Below are positions 26,380 through 36,073 of a stretch of DNA of 64,000 nt, piece by piece. Within the stretch, counting starts at the first letter, position 1. Every line of letters begins with the position of its first letter. A program made the translations under genes and the position numbers. Below the pieces are notes generated by a model that was not told where the DNA came from, did no database searches, and saw only the letters and a list, made by a program, of their open reading frames with translations. Source of the stretch: an uncultured Gammaproteobacteria bacterium (lineage in GTDB: Bacteria > Patescibacteriota > Microgenomatia > Levybacterales > GWA1-39-11); assembly GCA_964452165.1 (NCBI GenBank), contig CAYVKP010000001.1, forward strand, positions 426,375-490,374. Reading direction: 5' to 3'.

Positions 26380-27311
26380 ACAAGATCAGGCTATCAGTCG
26401 TAATATCCGCTTATAATGAAGAGAAGAATCTTGAAGGTTGCTTAAGGTCGGTAGAAAAGTTGGCAGACGAAATAATAGTAGTCGATAACTCTTCCCTCGA
26501 TGATACGGCCAAGATTGCTAAAAAATATACAGATAAGGTCTATCAACAAAAAAACGATCCACGTAAAATTGATGAACAAAAAAATTTTGGATTCTCAAAA
26601 GCTACTGGAGACTGGATTTTCTCTATTGATGCGGATGAGAAAGTTACCTTAGAGCTTGGCTCAGAAATTAAAAAATCACTGGACAAAGACAAGAACGCCG
26701 ATGGATATTGGATCCCCAGAAAAAACATAATATTCGGAAAATGGATTAAGAGTGATATGTGGTGGCCCGACTACCAGCTCAAGCTTTTTAGAAAAGGTGC
26801 TGGAAGTTTTAGAAAGAACGATGTTCATAAGGCCCTTGAGGTTATTGGCGCTACGCAAAAATTGGAGAATCCTCTTCTCCATAATAACTATTCAACAATC
26901 TCTCAATATCTCGTTAAGCTCAATAATTATACGGATATTGAAGCTGAGAATATAACTTCCGGCAACTATACCTTTTCATGGCTAGATGCTGTAAGATTTC
27001 CGGTTGATGACTTTGTAAAGACGTTCTTTTTACAAAAGGGGTATGGGGACGGTTTGCACGGTTTGGTTTTAAGCATGCTGCAAGCATTTTACATGGAAGT
27101 GGTATTTGCAAAAATTTGGGAAAAACATAAGTTTGTAGAAATAGAAAATCAAAACTTTCTCCAGGAAGTTAATAAGGAACTTAAAAAATCTAAAGATAAA
27201 GTAAAGTATTGGTTTACAACTGCTTTGATCCGGAATTCAAACAATCCCATTAAGAAAATTGCACTTCGAGCTATCCGAAAAATAACCACCTCAGACCTTA
27301 AGAAATCGTAA
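26376..27311 (+). CDS. GT2 glycosyltransferase (WaaE/KdtX-like)
   Basis: NEEKNL..CL.SV, QKNFG, IDADE, WPDYQLKLF, VH. Confidence 0.87.
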   Translation: MNKIRLSVVISAYNEEKNLEGCLRSVEKLADEIIVVDNSSLDDTAKIAKKYTDKVYQQKNDPRKIDEQKNFGFSKATGDWIFSIDADEKVTLELGSEIKKSLDKDKNADGYWIPRKNIIFGKWIKSDMWWPDYQLKLFRKGAGSFRKNDVHKALEVIGATQKLENPLLHNNYSTISQYLVKLNNYTDIEAENITSGNYTFSWLDAVRFPVDDFVKTFFLQKGYGDGLHGLVLSMLQAFYMEVVFAKIWEKHKFVEIENQNFLQEVNKELKKSKDKVKYWFTTALIRNSNNPIKKIALRAIRKITTSDLKKS

Positions 27312-27313
27312 TA

Positions 27314-28225
27314 ATGAAAAAGGTTTTTGTAGTCATCTTAAATTTCAATGGCTTTGAGGATACCATTGCATGCGTAAAGTCTCTTCAGAAGATGGAAAAA
27401 AACGAGACACTGGAGATAGTGGTTATTGATAACGCCTCAAACAACGAATCCGTTGAGGAGATTAATAAAGCTCTGAGCGGCATAGTTTTTCTCAGGAATA
27501 AAGAAAATCTAGGGTTTTCCGGAGGTTGTAACGTGGGAATGCGTTATGCTATGGATAATGGAGCCGATTTCATAATGCTTCTCAATAACGATACTTTGGT
27601 AGATAAGAATTTACTAGACAATCTATTGAACACGTTTGGCCAAAGCGAAAATATTGGTGGAGTAGTCCCCAAAATATATTTTGCAAAAGGTCACGAATTT
27701 CACAAAGACAAATATAAAAAAAACGAACTCGGAAAAGTCATTTGGTATGCCGGAGGAAAAATGGACTGGAAAAACCTGATAGGAGAAAATATTGGAGTTG
27801 ATCAAGTGGATCATGGACAGTTTGATGTAGAGGCTGAAACTGAACTTGCAACAGGGTGTTGCTTTCTCATTAAAACGGAAGCTCTAAAAAAGGTGGGGGT
27901 TTTTGATGAAAGATATTATCTCTATTACGAAGATGCAGACCTCACGCAAAGGATGAAGAAGGCGGGTATGCGTGTCGTTTACAATCCCAAGGGTATAGTT
28001 TGGCATCTTAATGCAGGATCCGGTGGCGGTTCGGGATCAACTCTTCAGGACTATTACATAACACGCAACAGGCTTTTATTTGGATCCGCATATGCTTCGA
28101 TAAGAACTAAAATTGCTCTTCTTCGTGAGAGTCTCAAAATTTTCAAAGAGGGAAGGCAGTGGCAAAAAAAGGGAGTGGTGGATTTCTATCTTGGACGCTT
28201 TGGAAAAGGAAGCTTTCCAATTTAA
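27314..28225 (+). CDS. GT2 glycosyltransferase (WbbL/rhamnosyltransferase-like)
   Basis: LNFNG, NLGFSGGCN, LLNND, GCCFLI, YYEDAD, RNRLLF. Confidence 0.87.
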   Translation: MKKVFVVILNFNGFEDTIACVKSLQKMEKNETLEIVVIDNASNNESVEEINKALSGIVFLRNKENLGFSGGCNVGMRYAMDNGADFIMLLNNDTLVDKNLLDNLLNTFGQSENIGGVVPKIYFAKGHEFHKDKYKKNELGKVIWYAGGKMDWKNLIGENIGVDQVDHGQFDVEAETELATGCCFLIKTEALKKVGVFDERYYLYYEDADLTQRMKKAGMRVVYNPKGIVWHLNAGSGGGSGSTLQDYYITRNRLLFGSAYASIRTKIALLRESLKIFKEGRQWQKKGVVDFYLGRFGKGSFPI

Positions 28226-28226
28226 A
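28181..28226 (+). repeat. Left copy of direct repeat (3' end of the GT2 gene)
   Basis: 28181-28225 is 37/45 identical to 31058-31102; the 20 bp AGGAAGCTTTCCAATTTAAA is exact (28207-28226 versus 31084-31103). Confidence 0.85.
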
Positions 28227-28265
28227 GTTAAGTGGTAAAATGCAGATATTATAAAGGTAACTAGT

Positions 28266-28838
28266 ATGAAGAATAATCTAAAAGACTTTCATCATTATAA
28301 AGGCGATGATCTCTCTCCTGCAGAGAAAATTGAAAGAAGAATTTTAGAGTTAATTATAGCTTCGAAAAATCCGGACGAAGAGAGGGAAGACTCTAAGATA
28401 TTTGAGCTGATGCATGCTTCGGGTTGTATGCAGATTGCTAGAATTTTAGCTCAGAAGAGAAATTTGGATGTAGAAATGTGTGAAATTGCGGCAATGCTAC
28501 ATGACATTTATGTAATTATTAACGGAACATATAAAAATCACGGTAAAGAAGGTTCTCCAATTGCTAGGCAAGTATTGGAAGAAGTTGGTGGTTTTAGCGA
28601 AGATCAAATCATTACAATTACTCAAGCAGTAGCCCACCACAGTGAGAAAGAAGTTTATTCAGATAATCCATACATGGAATTAGTAAAAGACGTTGACGTC
28701 TTCGATTGCTCTTTATATAAAAACGCTGAGGGATTTTATAGAATTCATAAGCCAGAACCAATTTTTAATGAATACGTTAAAAGAATTAAAAAAGTCAGAG
28801 AAGAACTTGGTTTGCTTCCGGGGGAGATATTTAGATAA
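28266..28838 (+). CDS. HD-domain metal-dependent phosphohydrolase
   Basis: H...AAMLHDI...HG...HH...KDVDVFD. Confidence 0.85.
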   Translation: MKNNLKDFHHYKGDDLSPAEKIERRILELIIASKNPDEEREDSKIFELMHASGCMQIARILAQKRNLDVEMCEIAAMLHDIYVIINGTYKNHGKEGSPIARQVLEEVGGFSEDQIITITQAVAHHSEKEVYSDNPYMELVKDVDVFDCSLYKNAEGFYRIHKPEPIFNEYVKRIKKVREELGLLPGEIFR

Positions 28839-30161
28839 ATGCAAGATAAATGGTTTAGGTGGGAAAGAGAGGCGGCAATCCATCTTTTATTTCCGACTCT
28901 TGAAGGTTCGATGAAGCCCCTCGAGAAATTTACGGGTTTTGGATTTCCTACCACGATTTTAATCTTTAAAAATGGATTAGTTACTTGGTGTATGAAGGAT
29001 GCTGAGTTCTATGGATTGGGCTCTAAGCTTCTTGAGATTTACAAAGATCAAGAGAAAGAACGGGAGATGATAGAAGAGATGACTAGAAGATTAAAGGTCT
29101 TGGGGAGAATCGAGAAGGAAATAGATAAAATAGCTCTTTCGGGATTAAAAAATGGACAGCTAGCTGAGTTACATTCCAGGCTTCACGATGCTTTCGTAAA
29201 TTATTACGGAATAGGAGCAATACAAGAACCGCTTGCTATGCAAGCAGAAATAGAATTAAAAGAGGTTTCTGAATTAAATAGTGATGAGATAGCCCATCTT
29301 GTTGTTCCAGATAAACTTTCCTATATTCAGGAAGCTGACACTTATCTTTTAGATACAAAAGACATCGATGGTTTTATAAATAAGTATTTTTGGATAGATA
29401 ATAACTATTCCCAAACTAAAGTATTGTCCCAAGAGGAAGTTCAGAAAAGACTTTCCAGTATTAAGCCGGTTAAGTCCTCAGATAACAGTTCCCAAATTGC
29501 AGATTTAAATCCGGAATCAAAGAGGTTAGTAGAGTTATTAAAAAACTTTGCTAATTATCAGGATGATAGAAAAGCAAACATCTTAGTGTATTTGCATTAT
29601 CTAGAAGTTTTATTGAGAGAAATTGGAAGAAGAGCAAGCATTTCCATAAATGTAATGAGAGATACCTTTCCCCACGAAATAAAAGATATATTGGATAGAA
29701 ATGTTACTGAAGAGTTCATAAGTAAAAGAAGAGAGAAGTGTTTTGTGGTTTGGGAAGAAAATGCGGAAAAACCTTCAATTTTGGTTGGCGAAGAAACAAA
29801 AGAATGGGAGAAGATGTTAAGTTTACAAACAAAAGGTCCCCGTGTTGTTAAGGGTAACTGTGCCTCTAAAGGAATAATAACGGGTAAAGTTAGGGTGCTA
29901 TTAAATGCTAGCGAAAATGATAAATTAGAAGATGGAGAAGTTTTAGTCACATTTATGACCTCACCTGATTTCATGAGTGCGGTTAGAAAGTGTTCCGCAA
30001 TTGTCACTAACTATGGGGGTATTACATCTCACGCGGCAATTATCTCAAGGGAGTTAAGAATACCTTGCGTAGTCGGGACTAAAAATGCAACTGAAGTTTT
30101 AAAGACGGGTGACGTGGTGGAAGTAAATGCTGACAAGGGAGAGATAAGAATTCTATCATAA
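28839..30161 (+). CDS. PEP-utilising enzyme phospho-His swivel domain fused to a large unknown helical N-terminal domain
   Basis: C-terminal GEVLVTFMTSPD...GGITSHAAIISRELRIPCVVG...VEVNADKG. Confidence 0.88.
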   Translation: MQDKWFRWEREAAIHLLFPTLEGSMKPLEKFTGFGFPTTILIFKNGLVTWCMKDAEFYGLGSKLLEIYKDQEKEREMIEEMTRRLKVLGRIEKEIDKIALSGLKNGQLAELHSRLHDAFVNYYGIGAIQEPLAMQAEIELKEVSELNSDEIAHLVVPDKLSYIQEADTYLLDTKDIDGFINKYFWIDNNYSQTKVLSQEEVQKRLSSIKPVKSSDNSSQIADLNPESKRLVELLKNFANYQDDRKANILVYLHYLEVLLREIGRRASISINVMRDTFPHEIKDILDRNVTEEFISKRREKCFVVWEENAEKPSILVGEETKEWEKMLSLQTKGPRVVKGNCASKGIITGKVRVLLNASENDKLEDGEVLVTFMTSPDFMSAVRKCSAIVTNYGGITSHAAIISRELRIPCVVGTKNATEVLKTGDVVEVNADKGEIRILS

Positions 30162-30162
30162 A

Positions 30163-30996
30163 ATGGGATTTATCAAAAAATTTGGCGAAATATCCAAGGG
30201 AGACACAAAACAGGTAGGTGGTAAAGGCGCCTCTTTGGGAGAAATGGTAAAAGCGGGTATTCAAGTTCCCTCCGGTTTTGTTATAACTGCTCAAGCTCAC
30301 CAAAAATTTGTCAACGACTCTCTACCGGTTAATGTGAGAAAAGGAATTTTAAAAGCCTTTGATGAACTTGATGCCCAACAAGTTGCGGTTAGATCGTCAG
30401 CCATTGCAGAGGATTCATCTCAGGCTTCGTGGGCCGGACAATTAGAAACCTATCTTAATGTTTCAAGAGATGATTTAATAAATAAAGTTAGGGATTGTTG
30501 GAGTTCTGTTAAATCAGAAAGAGCTTTATCTTATGCGGGTGGACAGGACTTGGCAGAAGATGATTTATTCGTAGCTGTTGTCGTACAAAAAATGATTGAT
30601 AGTAAAACTTCGGGAGTAATGTTTACTGTCAATCCGATTACAAAAGACACAAATGAAGTTATGATCGAAGCAGGCTTTGGGTTGGGTGAGCTATTAGTTC
30701 AAGGATTAATTACGCCTGATAACTTTATCATTAATAAGAATACTTTCGAAATCAAAAGTAAAGATGTTCAAGCTCAAGATACTATGTTGGTATTTCAAGA
30801 GGGAGAAAATAAAGAAATCCCCGTCCCATCCGATAAGAGAAATGAACAAAAAGTTTCAGATGAAAACATCAGGGAATTAGTTAATATGGCTATAAAAATA
30901 GAAACACATTATGGAAAACCTCAGGACATAGAGTGGGCAATTGACGATCAAAATCGAATCTGGATTTTACAGTCAAGACCAATAACGACACTTTGA
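30163..30996 (+). CDS. Stand-alone PEP/pyruvate-binding ATP-grasp domain (PPDK_N)
   Basis: VGGKGASL, AVRSSAIAED..ASWAGQ, VVQKMI, GLGE, PQDIEWA, LQSRPITT. Confidence 0.9.
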   Translation: MGFIKKFGEISKGDTKQVGGKGASLGEMVKAGIQVPSGFVITAQAHQKFVNDSLPVNVRKGILKAFDELDAQQVAVRSSAIAEDSSQASWAGQLETYLNVSRDDLINKVRDCWSSVKSERALSYAGGQDLAEDDLFVAVVVQKMIDSKTSGVMFTVNPITKDTNEVMIEAGFGLGELLVQGLITPDNFIINKNTFEIKSKDVQAQDTMLVFQEGENKEIPVPSDKRNEQKVSDENIRELVNMAIKIETHYGKPQDIEWAIDDQNRIWILQSRPITTL

Positions 30997-31057
30997 AGCT
31001 AAATTTATGCAATTATTAAGTAAGTTAAAGATATTTGAGAACCAGGCGGGGGTTCTG

Positions 31058-31103
31058 GATTTTTACTTGGGTAGATTTGGAAGAGGAAGCTTTCCAATTT
31101 AAA
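31058..31103 (+). repeat. Right copy of direct repeat: orphan GT2 C-terminus
   Basis: Encodes DFYLGRFGRGSFPI* versus DFYLGRFGKGSFPI* in the intact gene; its TAA abuts the next ATG. Confidence 0.85.
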
Positions 31104-32749
31104 TGGTAAGGAAATATTTAGGTTTTATACTTATTGTAGTCTTAGGCTTTGTGCCTTTAATTCCTTTGTTGCACGCAGGTTTGCCGATTACTCACGATGG
31201 GCAAGACCACGTAGCAAGAATTGCCAATTTCTATACTTCACTCTCCGAAGGAATTGTTATTCCGCGTTGGGCAGGTAATCTCAACTGGGGATACGGTCAC
31301 CCAATCTTAATGTTTTTATACCCCCTCTCATCTTACAGCGCTTCCCTGTTTCATTTTTTGGGCTTTTCATTCGTTGACAGTTTAAAGATAGTCTTCGGGT
31401 TAACTTTCATACTTAGTGGAATTTTTATGTACATGTGGGTCAGAGAGTTTTTGGGGGAAGAAGCAGGAGTTGTCAGCGGATTCTTATATATGTTTGCCCC
31501 CTACAGATTTGTAGATCTCTATGTTAGAGGAGCGATCGGCGAACACGTTGCGTTTATCTTTCCGCCTTTAATAGCTTATTTTCTTTTGAAAATCTCAACT
31601 TCCAAAAAACCTAATGGAGTTTATTTTGCAGGAGCGTCGATGTCGCTGGCCGGATTAATTCTTGCACACAATGCTATAAGCTTAATGTTTCTTCCTTTTA
31701 TAATTTTCTACGGAGTATATCTTCTCTTTCTATCGAAGAGAAGATCAGTCATTTTAGAATACGCTGCTGTTCTCTTTTTGGGATTTGCTCTATCCGCTTT
31801 TTTCTGGGTGCCGGCCTTCATGGAGGGAAAGTATACTTTGCGGGATATCGTAACTGAAGGAATCACTCTTTCTAGATTTGTGAACCTTAATAGTCTATTG
31901 TACGGCCCGTGGAATTATGGACAGACCGGCCAGTTTAGCTTACAGGTGGGAATCCTGTCTTGGTTGGCAGTCATTGTCTCGCCAGTTCTGCTCGTCAGAA
32001 AATTAAAAGCGGAAAAGAAGACTCGAGCTCTTTACCTCCTTGCGTTGATTTACTTCGCTGGCAGTCTTTTCATAATGCTTCCTATCTCGGCTCCGCTTTG
32101 GAAAGCAATAGGTACTCTTCAGAAATTTCAATTTCCGTGGAGATTTCTTTCAGTTTCTGTTTTTGCTGCAGCACTTATTGGTGCCATTGTGGCATCGGTT
32201 TTTAAGAAGTCAGCCAGATTATTAATGTTTGGAACAATAGTTCTATCATTAGTTTTAACTCATACTTACTGGATACCTAAAGGATACTTAGTTCGCCCCG
32301 AGTCTTTCTACAGCGGAATTTATAATGGCACAACAGATACCGGTGAAAGCGCGCCTATCTGGTCAGTCCGATTTATGGAGAGAAGACCAAAGGCCCGGGC
32401 TGAGATAATAGACGGCACCGCGCAAATAAAATACATACTGCGGAATTCAATTCATCACGCATACGAAGTTGACGCTAAAGACAGAATTAGAGTCAAAGAG
32501 AATACATTGTATTTTCCCGGTTGGAAAGTATACGTCGATGGAAAGGAATATCAAGACATCCAATTTCAAGATCCGGTAAATCGCGGGCTAATGACTTTTT
32601 TTGTATCCCCGGGGAATCATAGGATCGATGTCGTTTTTACCGATACCAAAATAAGAAAAATTTCAAACTACATTTCGTTAATCAGTTTATTTGTGATGTT
32701 GGCTTTCTCTGGAGTTTTTATCAGAAAATATGCAAAAGATACTAAATAA
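31103..32749 (+). CDS. PTPS-related GT-C membrane protein
   Basis: THDGQDH, PRWAGNLNWGYGHP, APYR..YVRGAIGE, AHN, FQFPWRF, YFPGW. Confidence 0.8.
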   Translation: MVRKYLGFILIVVLGFVPLIPLLHAGLPITHDGQDHVARIANFYTSLSEGIVIPRWAGNLNWGYGHPILMFLYPLSSYSASLFHFLGFSFVDSLKIVFGLTFILSGIFMYMWVREFLGEEAGVVSGFLYMFAPYRFVDLYVRGAIGEHVAFIFPPLIAYFLLKISTSKKPNGVYFAGASMSLAGLILAHNAISLMFLPFIIFYGVYLLFLSKRRSVILEYAAVLFLGFALSAFFWVPAFMEGKYTLRDIVTEGITLSRFVNLNSLLYGPWNYGQTGQFSLQVGILSWLAVIVSPVLLVRKLKAEKKTRALYLLALIYFAGSLFIMLPISAPLWKAIGTLQKFQFPWRFLSVSVFAAALIGAIVASVFKKSARLLMFGTIVLSLVLTHTYWIPKGYLVRPESFYSGIYNGTTDTGESAPIWSVRFMERRPKARAEIIDGTAQIKYILRNSIHHAYEVDAKDRIRVKENTLYFPGWKVYVDGKEYQDIQFQDPVNRGLMTFFVSPGNHRIDVVFTDTKIRKISNYISLISLFVMLAFSGVFIRKYAKDTK

Positions 32750-35054
32750 ATTTTGGCCAATATTGTTTATTATTACGCTTTGGTTCGTTTTTTCGAGCCC
32801 GTATTTAATCCGCCACAAAATACCTTTTCCTTCAACATATCTTGCTTCCAATTTTGCCCCGTGGAATTCTTACGGATTATATATGGGTCCTGTAAAAAAC
32901 GGGGCTGCACCGGATGTAATTGATCAAATATATCCTTGGAAAAAATTAGTTATAGATTCTTACAAAAGAGGAGTTTTTCCGTTATGGAATTCCTACGCTT
33001 TCTCCGGCACCCCGCTTCTTGCTAACTATCAGTCGGCCGCCCTTACTCCGGTTAACCTCCTTTATTTCGTACTACCGTTTATTGATGCTTGGAGTCTTCA
33101 GGTTCTTGCTCAGCCATTATTGGCCGCCCTGTTCATGTATTTTTTCGCTCGCGCCTTAAAAAGAAGCCAAGCAGCAGCACTTATCTCATCAGTTGCCTTC
33201 ATGTTCTGTGGATTTATAACAACCTGGGGACTATATGGAACGTTAGGCTACGCAATACTATTTCTTCCTTTGGCACTTTTTTCAATCGAAAAAATTTATG
33301 AAACGAAAAAATGGCACTACAAACTGCTTCTGGCACTGTCGGTTCCACTGTCTTTTTTCAGCGGACATTTCCAAACCAGTCTTTATTTTCTAGCTCTAGT
33401 ATTTGCCTATGGCATATTCAAATACATTGAAAAAAAAGACTTGAGACTTTTTATTGAAAATATTTTATTTGTTGTTTTTGGTATCTTACTTTGTTCTCCT
33501 CAGCTTTTACCGTCAATAGAGCTGTATTTCGCATCTGTCAGAAGTGGAATATTTATGAAAACCGAAGTTATTCCATGGGCATATTTGCCAACTTTCTTAT
33601 CACCTGATTTTTTTGGAAATCCTGTCACCCGCAACGATTGGTTTGGACACTACGCCGAGTGGAATGGGTATCTTGGTTTGGTTCCTTTAATTTTGTCATT
33701 TTATAGCTTGAAGAAGAGGAGTGCTCATATAATTTTCTTCTTATGTTCGACGATTATAGTTTTTCTTCTCGCATTTCAAACGCCCATTCTGGATTTACTC
33801 ATTGCTCTAAAAATTCCCGTTATTTCAACGAGCGCTGCGAGTAGAATAATAGTTTTGGCGAGTTTTTCAATCGCTGTTCTCGCGGGATTCGGACTGGACT
33901 ATATCCTTGCCGACATAAAAGATAAGAAGACGAAACACATCTTTGTGTTGGTTGGTATTTTCGCGACGACATTTACAATTCTTTGGGCCATGGTCCTAGG
34001 CAAGCTTCTAATTCCCACAGATAAAGTCTCAATAGCTTTTTCAAATCTCAAACTACCATCGATTTCTTTTGCAATATTTGCGATCTTACTATTAATAGCT
34101 GCTGTGATTAAAAACAAGAAATTCGTCTTTGTCGTTTGTGCGGTTTTAATTATGTTAACGGGCTTTGACTTAACAAGATTTGCAACAAAATGGCAACCCT
34201 TTGATCCGAAGAACCTGCTTTATCCTGAGGTTCCCGTTTCAAAATTTCTTTCTAGAGTAGATTCCAAAGACCGTGTCTTCGGCAATTTTGGACAAGAGTT
34301 GCCTCTAATGTTCGGGGTTTCAGGTACCGAAGGTTACGACCCTCTTTACATAGGCCGTTATGGTGAATTTTCGAATGCGGCACAGGACGGTAATTTTCAT
34401 AGAGCCGCGAGATCTGTTGCGATGGTATCCAAAAACGGCATGTTCACAGAAAAAATCATTGATTTTCTTGGGGTCAAATATATAATCCACAAAGTTTCGG
34501 ATGGACACGCGGTTTGGGCGTTTCCCATATGGGATTATCCTGCCGATCAGTTCAAGGTAGCTTATGAAGATAACAATATTAATGTGTTTGAAAATAGGAA
34601 TGCTTTTCCGAAAGCTTTTTTGGTGGGAAGATATAAGGTAGTTGCGGATAATCACATGATTCTTCGAACTATTTTCAAAAAGGATACTAATCTTCGAGAT
34701 GTTGCAATTCTCGAGAGTAATCCAGGCCTTGATCTTTCGGGTGGCACAACAGGAAGCGTAAATATTACGAAATACGAGCCTAATAAGATAGAAATAAAAG
34801 CCAGCGTTAAGGATTCGTCTCTGTTGGTGCTGTCGGATCCATTTTATCCGGGCTGGAAAGCAGACGTTGATGGAAAACCAGCCTCAATATACAGAGCAGA
34901 CTATGCGTTTCGCGCTGTCTATCTGCCAAAAGGCACACACGAGGTAACGTTTACTTATGATCCGGATAGTTTTAAAATTGGTTTAGCTCTCGCACTTCTT
35001 GGCGTTTTAGGGGTTGGGGGGACGGCTTTATGGAAACAAAAATATCAGTCTTAA
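32730..35054 (+). CDS. YfhO-family GT-C membrane protein
   Basis: DVIDQIYPWK, PLWNSYAFSGTP, GHFQ, PDFFGNP, GYDPL, FYPGW, FRAV. Confidence 0.82.
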   Translation: MQKILNKFWPILFIITLWFVFSSPYLIRHKIPFPSTYLASNFAPWNSYGLYMGPVKNGAAPDVIDQIYPWKKLVIDSYKRGVFPLWNSYAFSGTPLLANYQSAALTPVNLLYFVLPFIDAWSLQVLAQPLLAALFMYFFARALKRSQAAALISSVAFMFCGFITTWGLYGTLGYAILFLPLALFSIEKIYETKKWHYKLLLALSVPLSFFSGHFQTSLYFLALVFAYGIFKYIEKKDLRLFIENILFVVFGILLCSPQLLPSIELYFASVRSGIFMKTEVIPWAYLPTFLSPDFFGNPVTRNDWFGHYAEWNGYLGLVPLILSFYSLKKRSAHIIFFLCSTIIVFLLAFQTPILDLLIALKIPVISTSAASRIIVLASFSIAVLAGFGLDYILADIKDKKTKHIFVLVGIFATTFTILWAMVLGKLLIPTDKVSIAFSNLKLPSISFAIFAILLLIAAVIKNKKFVFVVCAVLIMLTGFDLTRFATKWQPFDPKNLLYPEVPVSKFLSRVDSKDRVFGNFGQELPLMFGVSGTEGYDPLYIGRYGEFSNAAQDGNFHRAARSVAMVSKNGMFTEKIIDFLGVKYIIHKVSDGHAVWAFPIWDYPADQFKVAYEDNNINVFENRNAFPKAFLVGRYKVVADNHMILRTIFKKDTNLRDVAILESNPGLDLSGGTTGSVNITKYEPNKIEIKASVKDSSLLVLSDPFYPGWKADVDGKPASIYRADYAFRAVYLPKGTHEVTFTYDPDSFKIGLALALLGVLGVGGTALWKQKYQS

Positions 35055-35779
35055 TTATTTCTAAAAACGAAGCGGATGTAATTGGAGATGCAATAAAATC
35101 AGTTAAAGACTTTGCCGATGAAGTTATTGTGGTTGATGATTCAACCGATGAGACTCCCAAAATCGCCAAAAAGCTGGGTGCAAAGGTTACCCACAATACT
35201 TTCAACAATTTTGCAGATCAAAGAAACCTGGCAGCAACATTAGCCGCGAATGAGTGGATATTTTATCTCGATTCCGACGAGCGTGTCACTCAGGATTTTA
35301 TAAAAGAGCTAGAGAGAAATATTTTAGCTTTCAATAGCTCTCAGGATATTGCCGGTTTTTATATAAGGAGAAAAACTTTTTTTTACGGTCGGGATTGGGG
35401 ATTTGTAGACCGCGTTCAAAGAGTATTTAAAAAAGGAAAATTAAAAAGTTGGCGGGGAGTTGTACATGAGACACCCGAGGTTGAGGGAAGACTCGAGACA
35501 ATTCAATCTCCAATAGAGCATTTTACACATCGCAATTTTGAACAAATGATATCAAAGACTAACGAATGGTCTGAGTTTGAGGCGGAGCTGAGGCGCAAAA
35601 CAAATCATCCAAAGATGAATTTTTTTCGCTTTGTTCGCGTAATGGCGACAGGATTTACCTCTTCTTATTTTAAAGAGGGAGGATGGAAGAACGGGACGGC
35701 AGGTGTTATAGAAGGTATCTACCAGGCTTTTTCAATGTTTATAACCTACGCAAAACTTTGGGAGAAACAAGATAAATAA
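35030..35779 (+). CDS. GT2 glycosyltransferase (WaaE/KdtX-like)
   Basis: KNEAD, FADQRN, LDSDER, VHETP. Confidence 0.86.
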   Translation: METKISVLIISKNEADVIGDAIKSVKDFADEVIVVDDSTDETPKIAKKLGAKVTHNTFNNFADQRNLAATLAANEWIFYLDSDERVTQDFIKELERNILAFNSSQDIAGFYIRRKTFFYGRDWGFVDRVQRVFKKGKLKSWRGVVHETPEVEGRLETIQSPIEHFTHRNFEQMISKTNEWSEFEAELRRKTNHPKMNFFRFVRVMATGFTSSYFKEGGWKNGTAGVIEGIYQAFSMFITYAKLWEKQDK

Positions 35780-35780
35780 A

Positions 35781-36017
35781 CTATTTATTTTTTGAGGGAA
35801 TCCAGGAGCGGACTTCTTTTATGGTCAATCGCTTAGTTGCAAATTTAAACAAATAAACTAGCTCAACAATTCCTATCGTATTTAATACTAATATTGCGAC
35901 AAACCAATTTCTTTGTTTGAGATGTGCTGCTCGCCATAAGGCGATACCCTTAATGATCAGAGACCAAATGTATAAAACTAGGAGCAAATAGGGTGAGCCA
36001 GCAAACTGTGGATTCAT
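35781..36017 (-). CDS. DUF5652-like small membrane protein
   Basis: WSLIIKGIALWRAA..KQRNWF..LVLNTIGI; own extended -10 at 36024-36032. Confidence 0.78.
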   Translation of the reverse strand: MNPQFAGSPYLLLVLYIWSLIIKGIALWRAAHLKQRNWFVAILVLNTIGIVELVYLFKFATKRLTIKEVRSWIPSKNK

Positions 36018-36073
36018 AAGTCTAATTTAGCATAGCTTTTAAACATTATCAATAGCTGATAAAATAGGACAAT

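Larger units (their letters stand above)
28226..31057 (+). mobile_element. Inserted three-gene cassette between duplicated GT2 3' ends
   Basis: Bounded by the direct repeat; genes unrelated to glycosyltransferases; no recombinase inside. Confidence 0.6.

Noticed and set aside
28839-30996. Calling the split genes ppsA or a frameshifted pseudogene
   Set aside because: Domain order is reversed relative to PpsA, the pyruvate-binding domain is absent, and both ORFs have clean starts, ends and intact catalytic motifs.
31003-31030. Possible Xer/dif-like site at the right edge of the HD-dikinase cassette (and a similar arm at 28220-28230)
   Set aside because: Only about 8/11 match to the XerD arm and poor XerC arms, in very AT-rich sequence; not distinguishable from chance.
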